DNA of 64,000 nucleotides from a bacterium (GTDB lineage: Bacteria > Bacillota > Clostridia > Lachnospirales > Lachnospiraceae), in assembly GCA_030539495.1 (NCBI GenBank), contig JAUNRX010000004.1:8746-72745 (forward strand). The letters are read 5' to 3'. Below are positions 18,937 through 32,086 of this stretch, one piece after another (the first letter of the stretch is position 1; each line of letters starts with the position of its first letter). The position numbers and the translations under genes were made by a program. The notes below the pieces were generated by a model. The model was given only the letters and a program-made list of their open reading frames with translations, made no database searches and was not told the origin of the DNA.

Positions 18937-20652
18937 ATGGGAAAGAAACAAAAACAAATGATAGCTTCTATACTTGCTGTTTTGTTAGTTTTGATTATAG
19001 CTGCAATTGCAATTTTTCAAAAGATAACACCAAGTAAGGAGACAAAGGAATTAAGTGATTATTATCAGGTAAAGGATGACGAGATCCTTATATTTATGGA
19101 AAATAGTTTGTATGAAGAAAAAGGGCTTTATATAAATAATAAGATTTATCTTGGATATGATACTGTAATCAATGAAATCAACAAACGTTTCTATTGGGAT
19201 AGTGATGAGAAGATTTTATCTGTGACAACACCAAAGGAAATTATAAAAGTGAATGAGGGTGCAAGCTCCTATTTAGTGAATAAGAGTACTGAGAAGACGG
19301 AGTATCCGATTGTTAAGAGGGTAAATGACCAAGTATATGTTGCACTTGATTTTGTAAAGATCTATTCCAACTTAGAATATGAGACATTCTTAAATCCGAA
19401 TCGTGTAGTCATTAACTGTCATTGGGGTGAGAAGTTCCAATATGCACAGGCAGACAAGGATGTAAGTGTTCGTACGACACCAAATATTAAGAGCCCAATC
19501 TTAGCTGATGTAAAAGCAGGTGGATTATTTATCTATGCAGATACAGAGGGCAAGGAAGCAGGAAATGGATTTGTAAAGGTTATGACAGAAGATGGAATTA
19601 TTGGATATGTAAGAAGCAAGTATCTAATGGATTCTTACTATGTTACACTTGAAAATAACTATAAAGAGCCAGAGTATACAAGCATAACCAAGGATAAGAA
19701 GATTAACATGGTTTGGCACCAGGTATTTAGTAATTCCGGACAGGATAAGCTAGATAGTCTGCTTAGTAAGACAAAAGGCGTGAATGTAATCAGTCCTACT
19801 TGGTTTAACCTTAAGAATAATAATGGTGAGATTACAAGTCTTGCAAGTGAAGCATATATTCAGAAGGCACACAAAAAAGGAATTGAAGTGTGGGCACTGA
19901 TTAATGATATTGATAATAAAGGTGAGATTGACTTAGCTAAATTATTAGGTCGTACTTCAAGCAGGGAGAAACTTAGCAATGAGTTAATTGCAGAAGCAAT
20001 CAGTAAGAACATCGATGGGATTAATTTAGATTTTGAAAAGATCACTGCAGATACAGCAAAGGCATATTTACAATTTGTACGTGAATTATCTGTAAAATGC
20101 CGTAACAATGGAATTGTGTTATCTATTGATAATTACACTCCAGAAGCATATAACACATTTTATGATATTAAAGAACAAGGAATTGTTGCAGATTATGTGG
20201 TAATCATGGCTTATGATGAACATTATGCTGGTTCCGAAGAAAGTGGTTCAGTTTCTTCCGTAGGATTTGTTCAGAATGCATTAACAAATACGGTAGAACA
20301 AGTATCTGCAAATAAGGTAATTATGGCACTTCCATTCTATACAAGACTTTGGAAAGAAGCAAAGAGTGGAGACGGCATTAAGATTAGTTCAGAAGCTTAC
20401 TCTATGGTAAATGCAGCAACACTTATGCAGGATAAAGGCGTGACATTAGAGTGGAATGATGAAGTTGGCCAGTATTATGGCCAGTACAAAGAAGGCAGTG
20501 CTACGTATAAGATGTGGTTAGAAGATGAGAAGTCTTATGAATTGAAATTAAAGACTGCATTTTCTCAAGATATTGCAGGTGTAAGTGCTTGGAAGCTAGG
20601 TCTTGAAAGCAATGATATCTGGAATACAATCAATAATTATGTGAAAAAGTAG
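18937..20652 (+). CDS. GH18-family peptidoglycan hydrolase with SH3b domain and N-terminal membrane anchor (YaaH/SleL-like spore cortex N-acetylglucosaminidase)
   Basis: ISPTWF, DGINLDFE (DxxNxDxE variant), IMAYDEH, LPFYTRLW, AWKLG; SH3b-like VSVRTTPNIKSPILADV; ATG 18937 has RBS GGAGG. Confidence 0.85.
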   Translation: MGKKQKQMIASILAVLLVLIIAAIAIFQKITPSKETKELSDYYQVKDDEILIFMENSLYEEKGLYINNKIYLGYDTVINEINKRFYWDSDEKILSVTTPKEIIKVNEGASSYLVNKSTEKTEYPIVKRVNDQVYVALDFVKIYSNLEYETFLNPNRVVINCHWGEKFQYAQADKDVSVRTTPNIKSPILADVKAGGLFIYADTEGKEAGNGFVKVMTEDGIIGYVRSKYLMDSYYVTLENNYKEPEYTSITKDKKINMVWHQVFSNSGQDKLDSLLSKTKGVNVISPTWFNLKNNNGEITSLASEAYIQKAHKKGIEVWALINDIDNKGEIDLAKLLGRTSSREKLSNELIAEAISKNIDGINLDFEKITADTAKAYLQFVRELSVKCRNNGIVLSIDNYTPEAYNTFYDIKEQGIVADYVVIMAYDEHYAGSEESGSVSSVGFVQNALTNTVEQVSANKVIMALPFYTRLWKEAKSGDGIKISSEAYSMVNAATLMQDKGVTLEWNDEVGQYYGQYKEGSATYKMWLEDEKSYELKLKTAFSQDIAGVSAWKLGLESNDIWNTINNYVKK

Positions 20653-20662
20653 ATAGTAAGCT

Positions 20663-20700
20663 AAAGGGCTGATAGGGAATAAAACCTATCAGCCTTTTTT
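20663..20700 (+). terminator. Intrinsic terminator after GH18 gene
   Basis: AAAGGGCTGATAGG / CCTATCAGCCTTTT plus T-tract. Confidence 0.8.
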
Positions 20701-20701
20701 A

Positions 20702-20760
20702 TTTACGCCAATAACGAGCCAAAGTGATGCTTGCATTACCTTTGCTATTTCGTACGTAAA
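20702..20760. repeat. Dispersed palindromic repeat family 2, copy E1
   Basis: TTTACGCCAATAACGAGCCAAAGTGATGCTTGCATTACCTTTGCTATTTCGTACGTAAA, similar to 33816-33874. Confidence 0.8.
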
Positions 20761-20761
20761 T

Positions 20762-20790
20762 GAATAACTAGATTATAAAAATCATAAAAT
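20762..20790 (+). promoter_or_regulatory. Putative sigma-E promoter of cwlD
   Basis: GAATAAC-N14-CATAAAAT; cwlD is sigma-E/G controlled in Bacillus subtilis. Confidence 0.45.
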
Positions 20791-20817
20791 ATAAAAATAC
20801 TAGGAAGGATTTTATGT

Positions 20818-21516
20818 ATGAAAAGGTATAGTAAGGTGTTTTTTGTTCTGATGGCAGTCATTTGTATGGGACTTATGATTCCGGTGGGATCTAATGTGGT
20901 AACATCAATTGCTACTTCCAGTCAAAAAAATAGTAATTTAATCGTAATTGATCCAGGGCATGGTGGATTTGACCCTGGAAAGGTCGGGGTAAATGATGCA
21001 CTTGAGAAAGATGTGAATTTAAGCATTTCATTCAAGTTGAAGACGGAATTGGAGAAGGCTGGATATCAGGTAGAATTAACAAGGACGACGGATACAGGTT
21101 TATATTCTGCGGCAGATAAAAGCAAGAAGAGTGCGGATATGAGGAATCGAGTTAAGATTATTAATGATGCGGAACCATTTCTAGCAATCAGCATTCATCA
21201 GAACAGCTATCCTTCAGAAGGAGTAAAAGGCGCACAGGTCTTTTATCATAAGTTATCTGAGGATGGAAAGCTGCTTGCAGATATTATGCAGGAACAGTTA
21301 AAGTCGGAATTAAATGACGGTAATAAAAGAGTTGCAAAGGCCAATGATAACTATTATATGCTTAAGAAGTCAGAATGTCCGTTGGTAATCGTAGAATGCG
21401 GCTTTTTATCGAATAATGCAGAAGCAAAATTGTTAGTAGACGAAGCATACCAGCAGAAGCTTGCAGTAGCTATAAAAAATGGTGTGAATGCCTATGCTGA
21501 GAAGAAGAAAGGCTGA
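20818..21516 (+). CDS. cwlD: N-acetylmuramoyl-L-alanine amidase (Amidase_3), germination-specific CwlD-like
   Basis: IVIDPGHGGFDPG, EKDVNL, SIHQNS, VIVECGFLSN; N-terminal membrane anchor. Confidence 0.8.
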   Translation: MKRYSKVFFVLMAVICMGLMIPVGSNVVTSIATSSQKNSNLIVIDPGHGGFDPGKVGVNDALEKDVNLSISFKLKTELEKAGYQVELTRTTDTGLYSAADKSKKSADMRNRVKIINDAEPFLAISIHQNSYPSEGVKGAQVFYHKLSEDGKLLADIMQEQLKSELNDGNKRVAKANDNYYMLKKSECPLVIVECGFLSNNAEAKLLVDEAYQQKLAVAIKNGVNAYAEKKKG

Positions 21517-21527
21517 TAGTCCTTTTC

Positions 21528-21556
21528 TTGCTATTAACTGCTTATAGTGGTATAAT
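21528..21556 (+). promoter_or_regulatory. sigma-A promoter of tsaC-ywlE-rpiB
   Basis: TTGCTA-N17-TATAAT with extended TG. Confidence 0.7.
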
Positions 21557-21586
21557 GCAAACGAATAACGAAAGTAGGGATATGAG

Positions 21587-22645
21587 TTGGTTACAAGACT
21601 ACAATTTATTGATAAAAATCAGTTTGATATAAAGGAACTAAAGGAAGCAGCTGACATTATTAAAGATGGTGGATTAGTTGCATTTCCAACCGAGACAGTA
21701 TATGGGTTAGGCGCAGACGGTCTAAAGGAAGAGGCAGCAAAGAAGATTTATGCAGCTAAAGGCCGTCCAAGCGATAATCCATTAATCTTGCATATTGCAG
21801 ATGTAAGTGCATTAGAAGAATTATCAACTAAGGTACCTAAGAGTGCTTATGACTTGGCAGAGAAGTTCTGGCCAGGTCCATTAACTATGATTCTTAACAA
21901 AAGTGGGAAGGTTCCTTATGGTACGACAGGAGGGCTTGAGACAGTAGCAGTCCGTATGCCCAATGATGAAGTAGCATTAGCGCTAATCAAGATGTCAGGA
22001 GCATATATTGCTGCACCAAGTGCAAATACGTCAGGAAGACCAAGTCCAACAACTGCAAAACATGTTATGGACGATTTATCAGGAAAGATTGATATGGTGT
22101 TAGATGGAGGGCAAGTTGGTATCGGAATCGAGTCAACGATTGTCGATCTGACTGGGGAGTACCCAACCATTTTAAGACCTGGCTATATAACAAAGTCCAT
22201 GTTAGAAGAAGTAGTGGGAGAAGTCCGCTTAGATGCGGCAATTTTAAAAGAAAATAAAGATAAAAACCTGAAACCGAAGGCACCTGGAATGAAGTATAAG
22301 CATTATGCTCCAAAGGGTGATCTTACGATCTTTGAAGGTAATATGGAACATATCATTGCGAAAATTAATGAATTAGCGGCTGAAAATATTGCAAACGGCC
22401 AAAAGGTAGGAATTATCGCAACAACAGAAACAAGTGATCAATATAAACACGGAATTGTAAAGACAGTTGGAACAAGAGCGGATGAGCTTACCGTTGCCCA
22501 TGGTCTTTACGCAGTACTTCGAGAATTCGACGACTTAGGTGTTAACCTTATCTATGCAGAAAGTTTCGAGGAATATGAATTAGGTCAAGCAATTATGAAT
22601 CGACTCTTAAAAGCTGCAGGATATGACGTGGTGCATATTAATTAG
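21587..22645 (+). CDS. tsaC: L-threonylcarbamoyladenylate synthase (Sua5/YwlC)
   Basis: VAFPTETVYGLG, KGRPSDNPLILH, APSANTSGRPSPT, APGMKYKHYAP, C-terminal SUA5 domain; TTG start. Confidence 0.95.
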   Translation: MVTRLQFIDKNQFDIKELKEAADIIKDGGLVAFPTETVYGLGADGLKEEAAKKIYAAKGRPSDNPLILHIADVSALEELSTKVPKSAYDLAEKFWPGPLTMILNKSGKVPYGTTGGLETVAVRMPNDEVALALIKMSGAYIAAPSANTSGRPSPTTAKHVMDDLSGKIDMVLDGGQVGIGIESTIVDLTGEYPTILRPGYITKSMLEEVVGEVRLDAAILKENKDKNLKPKAPGMKYKHYAPKGDLTIFEGNMEHIIAKINELAAENIANGQKVGIIATTETSDQYKHGIVKTVGTRADELTVAHGLYAVLREFDDLGVNLIYAESFEEYELGQAIMNRLLKAAGYDVVHIN

Positions 22646-22703
22646 GGGTAATAGGATAGTTGAGTAATAAGGCTAATGTTTCGTATAGTAAGGAGAATAA
22701 TAT

Positions 22704-23153
22704 ATGAACTATAGTAGACTTATCTTTGTTTGTACGGGAAACACAAGTCGAAGCCCAATGGCAAAAGCAATTTATGAACGGATGGATAAAGAAAATCATA
22801 TTCGAGTTTTTTCTAGAGGACTAGTCGTGCTATTTCCTGAGCCTGCCAATCCTAAGGCATGTGCAGTTTTAAAGAATAATGACCTGGATATTGAGGGTCA
22901 TGTTGCAACAGCGCTTGTAGATACAGACATAACTGAGAATACATTAATATTGACTATGACAGAAAAGCAGAAGCAGACAGTCATAGAAGAGTTTGAGAAT
23001 GCCACAGATGTGTATACGATGAAAGAATTTGTTGGCATGGATGGTGACGTAATGGATCCATATGGCGGGACACTGCTTGAATATGAGGAATGTTTTGCTG
23101 AATTATCAATGCTAGTTAAGAAAACAGTATATAGATTAAACGAGGAGGACTAA
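22704..23153 (+). CDS. ywlE: Low-molecular-weight phosphatase, YwlE-like (protein-arginine phosphatase family)
   Basis: FVCTGNTSRSPMA P-loop, DPYGG; ywlC-ywlE-rpiB synteny as in B. subtilis. Confidence 0.8.
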   Translation: MNYSRLIFVCTGNTSRSPMAKAIYERMDKENHIRVFSRGLVVLFPEPANPKACAVLKNNDLDIEGHVATALVDTDITENTLILTMTEKQKQTVIEEFENATDVYTMKEFVGMDGDVMDPYGGTLLEYEECFAELSMLVKKTVYRLNEED

Positions 23154-23155
23154 CA

Positions 23156-23584
23156 ATGATAGCATTAGGCTGTGATCATGGTGGATACGATTTAAAAGTG
23201 GAGGTAATCAAATATCTAGAGGAGAATAATATTCCATATAAGGATTTTGGATGTGAAGGTCATGAATCCGTAGATTATCCTGAATATGCAAGAAAGGTAG
23301 CCAATGCAATTGTAGAAGGACAATGCGATAAAGGTATCTTAGTTTGTGGAACTGGAATTGGTATTTCAATTGCAGCAAATAAGGTAAAAGGAATTCGTTG
23401 TGCACTTTGCAGTGACTGCTTTAGTGCTCAAGCAACAAGAGAACATAACAATGCAAACATTCTTGCATTAGGTGGACGAGTTGTTGGTCCAGGACTTGCT
23501 ATTAAGATTGTAGATACATTCTTAAATACAGAATTCTCAAATGATGAAAGACATATTCGAAGAATTAATATGATTGAAGAGTAA
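23156..23584 (+). CDS. rpiB: Ribose-5-phosphate isomerase B
   Basis: GCDHGG, DYPEY, CGTGIGISIAANKVKGIRCA, HNNANILALGGR. Confidence 0.95.
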   Translation: MIALGCDHGGYDLKVEVIKYLEENNIPYKDFGCEGHESVDYPEYARKVANAIVEGQCDKGILVCGTGIGISIAANKVKGIRCALCSDCFSAQATREHNNANILALGGRVVGPGLAIKIVDTFLNTEFSNDERHIRRINMIEE

Positions 23585-23593
23585 TTATTAGAT

Positions 23594-23646
23594 AAAAAAT
23601 CCCTGTAGTAGAAAGGTGACTAGACTTTTTACTACAGGGATTTTTT
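23594..23646. terminator. Bidirectional terminator
   Basis: AAAAAATCCCTGTAGTA / TACTACAGGGATTTTTT inverted repeat between convergent genes. Confidence 0.8.
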
Positions 23647-23717
23647 ATTAAGCTAAGAGAGTACTTTTCAGTAGGCTTTCTTTTACTTAATAAATGCCCC
23701 AAAAGAAGGGTACTTTG

Positions 23718-24206
23718 TTATTTCGATTGTTCATAGGAGGAAAGAAAGTTCTGATAATCCTTAAGCTTGCCACTATATACTTCAGAAAGAAGGGCATTAG
23801 CTTGTCGTAGGGCTTTACAGCCAATGGACAATGGAATCAGGCCTTGTTCCAAGCTATCTGCTAATTCATCTAAATCTAATACCTTACTAGAACCATCTTC
23901 ATACACAATGACATCTGCGAGAAGATCAATAACAGTCAGTTCATTGGTTTCCTTTTGGTAGTCATAGGTAACGATATCACAGTACCAGTAGACAAAATCA
24001 TTATTAAAATTAAATACTTTACTTATTTTATAACCTTTTTCAAGACAATACAAAGAGTATCCATATGCTATATCACTACGCGGACGCAAACAGTTCCACT
24101 TAGTTATGATATAAGATTCGTCTGTGTATAAGATAAGATCATCCTTTAAGTAGATGGTCTCATTTGGGATAAAACGTTTTCTGTAGAGCTTAGTATCTAG
24201 ATTCAT
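23718..24206 (-). CDS. DUF402-family protein
   Basis: YWYCDIV...IDLLADVIVYEDG...LDLDEL pattern. Confidence 0.75.
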   Translation of the reverse strand: MNLDTKLYRKRFIPNETIYLKDDLILYTDESYIITKWNCLRPRSDIAYGYSLYCLEKGYKISKVFNFNNDFVYWYCDIVTYDYQKETNELTVIDLLADVIVYEDGSSKVLDLDELADSLEQGLIPLSIGCKALRQANALLSEVYSGKLKDYQNFLSSYEQSK

Positions 24207-24446
24207 AAAAAACCTCCTCAGATGAGACTATTATATATTATGTAATTATATCATTTTATAGATATTTTATATATATAAATTTTGCAAACTGAAAAAAACC
24301 TAAAGTATTCAAATAATTAATCCGATGAAATATATGTTAACTTGACTTAACAAGTTTGTATAATGGGAAACTCGGTGTGGAATGCTAGAAAACATAGGAA
24401 ATCGCAAAAGTCAAAAAATGACAATTTGTACCAATTTTATTTTTAA

Positions 24447-24475
24447 TTGGACAAAAAAATGGAAGGTGCTATAAT
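24447..24475 (+). promoter_or_regulatory. sigma-A promoter of the atp operon
   Basis: TTGGAC-N17-TATAAT with extended -10 TG, 25 nt upstream of the first ORF. Confidence 0.65.
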
Positions 24476-24500
24476 TGAGTATGTATCTAAGAGGTGATTT

Positions 24501-24809
24501 ATGAAAAATAGCAAAGAAATATCAAAAGGAATCGTAATGATATCACAGATTGGTATTACAATGATAACGCCAGTCCTATTGTGTATTTTTATCGGATACC
24601 AATTAGATAAAAAGTTTTCTACAGATTACTGGTTTATTATATTTCTAGTATTAGGTTTTATCACGTCAATTCGTAATGTCTATTTTTTAACAAAGCAGTT
24701 TTATGCGAAAGACAAGGAAAGAGAAGATAAGGAACTAAAGTATATCGAAGACTTAAAACGACAGGGTCGCCTAAAGAAGAAAGAGGACTCTGGAGAAGGT
24801 AATAAATAG
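24501..24809 (+). CDS. AtpZ/AtpQ-like small membrane protein (first gene of atp operon)
   Basis: SQIGITMITPVLLCIFIGYQLDK two-helix pattern; position. Confidence 0.75.
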   Translation: MKNSKEISKGIVMISQIGITMITPVLLCIFIGYQLDKKFSTDYWFIIFLVLGFITSIRNVYFLTKQFYAKDKEREDKELKYIEDLKRQGRLKKKEDSGEGNK

Positions 24810-24890
24810 GACAATTTATTACCGAGTTTGTGTATGTTTCGGTTCATACGACATAATATAAGATATAGTGAAAAAGTGTGAGGTTAGTTT

Positions 24891-25292
24891 ATGAGAGAGG
24901 AAAAACAAACTTTTGTAGAAATGTTAATTGGTATAGTTTTAAGCACCATCGTAATTACGGTGCTGGGAGCATTTTTTGCTTCCAACATACTAAGTTATGT
25001 ATTAGGTACGTTATTAGGCGGTTGTTTTGCAGCGATTGTATTAGTCATGCTCTATCGTTCTATCGAGAAGGCATTGATGCTTGATGAAGAAAATGCATCA
25101 AAACATACGACAAAGACAGCAATCTTCCGTTTGATTATAATGTGTATTGCACTTATGGCAGGTATACTATTCCCTGGCATACTAAATGTAGTAGGCGTGT
25201 TCTTAGGACTTATGTCCCTTAAGTTTTGCGCATATTTACAACCTTCGGTGCATAAGGTATTGGCTTTAAAAAATATAGACAAAGGAAGGTGA
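24891..25292 (+). CDS. atpI: ATP synthase protein I
   Basis: Four hydrophobic helices; position directly before atpB. Confidence 0.75.
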   Translation: MREEKQTFVEMLIGIVLSTIVITVLGAFFASNILSYVLGTLLGGCFAAIVLVMLYRSIEKALMLDEENASKHTTKTAIFRLIIMCIALMAGILFPGILNVVGVFLGLMSLKFCAYLQPSVHKVLALKNIDKGR

Positions 25293-25296
25293 GAAT

Positions 25297-26079
25297 GTGG
25301 GAAATCAGTTAGCCTTGTTATTGACACAAGGTGTAGCTACCGCTACGGACGCCGCTCCAGCACCGGCAGCAGCTTCGGATGGTCTTGATATTGGTATTAA
25401 TGGATACTTCAGCTATTCCTTCTTCGGTCACGAAGTTTGGATTACAAATACGCATATTGCAATCGTATTAGTAATGCTGACTCTTATGATATTTGCAGTT
25501 GTTGCAAATAGAGCCATTAAGAAAGCAGATCCAATGAAAGCGCCGGGCGCATTTTTAAATGTAATCGAGCTTATGGTAGAAAAGATTGACGGATTAGTTA
25601 AGACCAACATGGGTGAAACTCATGGTTTGAAATTTGCAAACTACATTGGTACACTGTTCGCATTCTTAATCTTAGCAAACCTTGCAGGTTTATTAGGATT
25701 ACGTCCGCCAACAGCAGATTATGGTACAACATTAGCGTTAGCGTTAATCACATTTGTCATGATCCACTATAATGGGTTCAAATATCAAAAATTTGGACAT
25801 ATTACTGGATTATTTCAACCAATCCCGCTATTATTCCCAATTAACTTAATTGGTGAAATAGCAACTCCGTTATCATTATCATTACGTTTATTTGGTAACG
25901 TTATGTCTGGTACAGTTATGTTAGGTCTTATCTATGGTTTAGTGCCATGGTTCTTAACATTAGTTTGGCCGGCAGCGCTTCACGGGTACTTTGATATGTT
26001 CTCGGGCGCAATTCAAACTTATGTATTCTGTATGTTAACAATGGTATTTATCTCTCAAACCTTTGAAACAGAAGAATAA
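25297..26079 (+). CDS. atpB: F0 subunit a
   Basis: PPTAD, PLSLSLRLFGN, IQTYVFCMLT; GTG start. Confidence 0.95.
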   Translation: MGNQLALLLTQGVATATDAAPAPAAASDGLDIGINGYFSYSFFGHEVWITNTHIAIVLVMLTLMIFAVVANRAIKKADPMKAPGAFLNVIELMVEKIDGLVKTNMGETHGLKFANYIGTLFAFLILANLAGLLGLRPPTADYGTTLALALITFVMIHYNGFKYQKFGHITGLFQPIPLLFPINLIGEIATPLSLSLRLFGNVMSGTVMLGLIYGLVPWFLTLVWPAALHGYFDMFSGAIQTYVFCMLTMVFISQTFETEE

Positions 26080-26110
26080 AGGTAACTTAGTAGTAAGTTA
26101 CAGATAATAA

Positions 26111-26416
<306 letters not shown>

Positions 26417-26479
26417 TCTGATTAGCTTATAGTAAAAAGCATGTGAGAAACATGTGAAAAAGCGAAAGGAGGCTAGAAA

Positions 26480-27052
26480 GTGAGTAATATTATGATGGGA
26501 CTTAATACTTCTGTATTCTTAGCAGCAGACCCAATGAAAGATAGAATCTTCGGTTTAGACTGGCAGCTGGTTGCGGATATTTGTGTATCTGCAGTAGCGA
26601 TCTTCGTATTATTCGTTTTCTTATCCTACGTGTTATTTAATCCTGCTCGCAACTTGCTAAGAAAGAGACAAGAATTCGTAGCAAACGAGCTTGCACAAGC
26701 AACGAAGGATAAAGAACAAGCGAACGAATACAAAGCAGAATATGATGCTAAGTTAAAAGACGTAAGCAAAGAATCTGAAGCAATCTTAAGTGAAACACGA
26801 AAGAAAGCTTTAAAACGTGAAAACGATATTATTGCAGAAGCAAAAGCAGAAGCACACCGTATTGTGGAACACGCTGGTAGAGAAGCTGAACTCGAAAAGA
26901 GTAAGGTAGTAAATGAAGTGAAACAAGAAATGATCGCTGTAGCATCTGTTATGGCAAGCAAGATTGTTGCTTCTTCATTAGATGACAAAAAACAAAATGA
27001 ATTATTAGATCAAGCTCTTGAAGAAATGGGTGATGATACATGGCAAAATTAG
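26480..27052 (+). CDS. atpF: F0 subunit b
   Basis: N-terminal TM then charged coiled coil; operon order. Confidence 0.92.
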   Translation: MSNIMMGLNTSVFLAADPMKDRIFGLDWQLVADICVSAVAIFVLFVFLSYVLFNPARNLLRKRQEFVANELAQATKDKEQANEYKAEYDAKLKDVSKESEAILSETRKKALKRENDIIAEAKAEAHRIVEHAGREAELEKSKVVNEVKQEMIAVASVMASKIVASSLDDKKQNELLDQALEEMGDDTWQN

Positions 27053-27573
27053 TTTCCAAAACATATGGAGATGCACTATTTGATCTTGCCTTAGAACAAA
27101 ACTCACTTGACGCTGTGACTGATGAAGTAAAAGCGTTAAAAGAAGTGCTTGCTAGTAATGATGAGTTAACAAAATTCATCAATCATCCAAAGGTTTCTAA
27201 GGAAGAAAAAATAGATGTAATTGAAAAGTCCTTTAAAGGCAGTTTTTCAGATACAGTGGTTGGCTTCCTTGTAATCGTATTACAAAAAGGAAGATTCGAC
27301 GAAATCAATGCAATTATTAATCATTTTATGGACCGTTACCTTGAATATAAGAATATCGGCGTTGCTACTGTAACAAGTGCAATTACATTAAATGACGAAC
27401 AAAAAGCAAAGATTGAAAAAAAATTATTAGCCACAACCAAGTATGAAGAATTTCAAATGACTTATACAGTGGATAAATCTCTAATTGGTGGAATTATGAT
27501 CCGAATTGGAGACCGCATTGTGGATAACAGTATAAAAAATCAAATTCGTTCTATGACGAAAGCTTTAGTATAA
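27040..27573 (+). CDS. atpH: F1 subunit delta
   Basis: YGDALFDLA, VDKSLIGGIMIRIGDRIVDNSI. Confidence 0.93.
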   Translation: MAKLVSKTYGDALFDLALEQNSLDAVTDEVKALKEVLASNDELTKFINHPKVSKEEKIDVIEKSFKGSFSDTVVGFLVIVLQKGRFDEINAIINHFMDRYLEYKNIGVATVTSAITLNDEQKAKIEKKLLATTKYEEFQMTYTVDKSLIGGIMIRIGDRIVDNSIKNQIRSMTKALV

Positions 27574-29115
<1,542 letters not shown>

Positions 29116-29129
29116 AGAGGTGACTTAGT

Positions 29130-30011
29130 ATGGCCTCTATGATAGATATTAAGAGAAGAAAAGATTCGATTACCAGCACTAGCCAGATTACAAAAGCGAT
29201 GAAACTTGTTTCTACGGTTAAATTGCAAAAATCTAAGGCAGCTGCTGAAAATTGTAAGCCTTACTTCAATTATATGTATAATACAGTAACTTCAATTCTT
29301 GAAAAAGCAGGCGACATTAATCACCCTTACCTTAAAGGCGGCAAGGAAGGAAAGACAGCGATCATCGTTGTTTCTTCCAACCGTGGCCTTGCAGGCGGCT
29401 ACAATTCCAATGTTGTAAAATTAGTGACAAAGGGAGACTTCAAAAAAGAAGACGTAGTCATTTACTCTGTAGGTAGAAAAGGTCGTGATACACTTGCTAG
29501 AAGTGGTTACGAAATTAAGGCAGATTATTCAGATGTAATGAATCAGCCATTATATAGTGATGCAGCAACGATCGGTAACGATGTATTAGAAGCATTTGAA
29601 AAAGGCGAAATTGGAGAAATCTATTTAGCTTACACTGTATTCAAGAATACAGTAACTCAAATTCCTAAGTTAATTAAACTATTACCAGTAAGCGATGATG
29701 TAAAAGCGGAAACAAAAGAGAAGGAAGAGTCAGAAGATCCAATTGATGCATTAACATTGATGAACTTCGAACCAGAAGCAGAAGAAGCTTTAGACCTTAT
29801 CATTCCAAAATACATTAAGAGCTTATTATACGGTGCATTAATGGAAGGTATGGCCAGTGAAAATGGTGCTCGTATGCAGGCAATGGATTCTGCAACGAAC
29901 AACGCAACTGACTTAATCGACAGCTTATCCTTAAGCTACAACCGTGCTCGTCAAGCAGCAATCACACAAGAGATTACTGAAATCATTGCCGGTGCATCTG
30001 CAATCTCTTAG
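29130..30011 (+). CDS. atpG: F1 subunit gamma
   Basis: ITKAMKLVS, RGLAGGYN, YNRARQAAITQEITEI. Confidence 0.97.
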   Translation: MASMIDIKRRKDSITSTSQITKAMKLVSTVKLQKSKAAAENCKPYFNYMYNTVTSILEKAGDINHPYLKGGKEGKTAIIVVSSNRGLAGGYNSNVVKLVTKGDFKKEDVVIYSVGRKGRDTLARSGYEIKADYSDVMNQPLYSDAATIGNDVLEAFEKGEIGEIYLAYTVFKNTVTQIPKLIKLLPVSDDVKAETKEKEESEDPIDALTLMNFEPEAEEALDLIIPKYIKSLLYGALMEGMASENGARMQAMDSATNNATDLIDSLSLSYNRARQAAITQEITEIIAGASAIS

Positions 30012-30068
30012 ATTGCAGCACCGTAGTGCTTTCTTAAACGATTAAAAAACAAATTCAGATAAAAATAA

Positions 30069-31478
<1,410 letters not shown>

Positions 31479-31495
31479 AGTAAGGGGGAGTCGAT

Positions 31496-31915
31496 ATGGC
31501 AGATACAAGATTGTTTAAATTACAGGTAATATCTCCAGATCGTATTTTCTATGATGGAGAAGTAGATATGGTGGAAGTAAGAACTACAGAAGGAGAAATG
31601 GGTATCTATGAAGATCACATTCCTTTAACTGCAATTCTTGCTCCAGGTATCCTTCGTATTCATGAAAATGGCGAAGTGAAGGAAGCTGCTTTACTTGATG
31701 GATTTATTGAAATCCAAAAGAAAAAGGTAACGATCTTAGCAGAATCTTGCGAATGGCCAGATGAAATTGATGTCAATCGTGCAGAAGAAGCAAAGATTAG
31801 AGCAGAAAGAAGATTAAAAGGTGCTGATGGCGAAATCAATGAGATGAGAGCTGAACTTGCCCTTCGTCGTTCTTTAACGCGTTTATCTTTAGCAGAAAAA
31901 AATCACAAAATGTAA
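31496..31915 (+). CDS. atpC: F1 subunit epsilon
   Basis: GEMGIYEDHIPLTAIL, IDVNRAEEAKIRAE. Confidence 0.95.
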   Translation: MADTRLFKLQVISPDRIFYDGEVDMVEVRTTEGEMGIYEDHIPLTAILAPGILRIHENGEVKEAALLDGFIEIQKKKVTILAESCEWPDEIDVNRAEEAKIRAERRLKGADGEINEMRAELALRRSLTRLSLAEKNHKM

Positions 31916-31918
31916 TAG

Positions 31919-31959
31919 AAAGACTGTTTGTAGCAATATGCTGCAGACGGTCTTTTTTA
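31919..31959 (+). terminator. Intrinsic terminator of the atp operon
   Basis: AAAGACTGTTTGTAGCA / TGCTGCAGACGGTCTTTTTT. Confidence 0.75.
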
Positions 31960-32086
31960 GTACATAGGAAACTTCTCTCGAATACACTTTGTTTTACTAA
32001 AAATCTACTGAGAGTATTTATCTTGTTAAAATGGTATAAATTGGTATAATAGAAACAAAAACAAATAAGCAGTACAGGAGGCATTT

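Noticed and set aside
24300-24500. Na+ riboswitch or Rex site upstream of the atp operon
   Set aside because: No recognisable structured leader, and the best promoter is only 25 nt from the start codon. ATGTTAA-N6-TTAACAA has the wrong spacing for Rex (needs N4).
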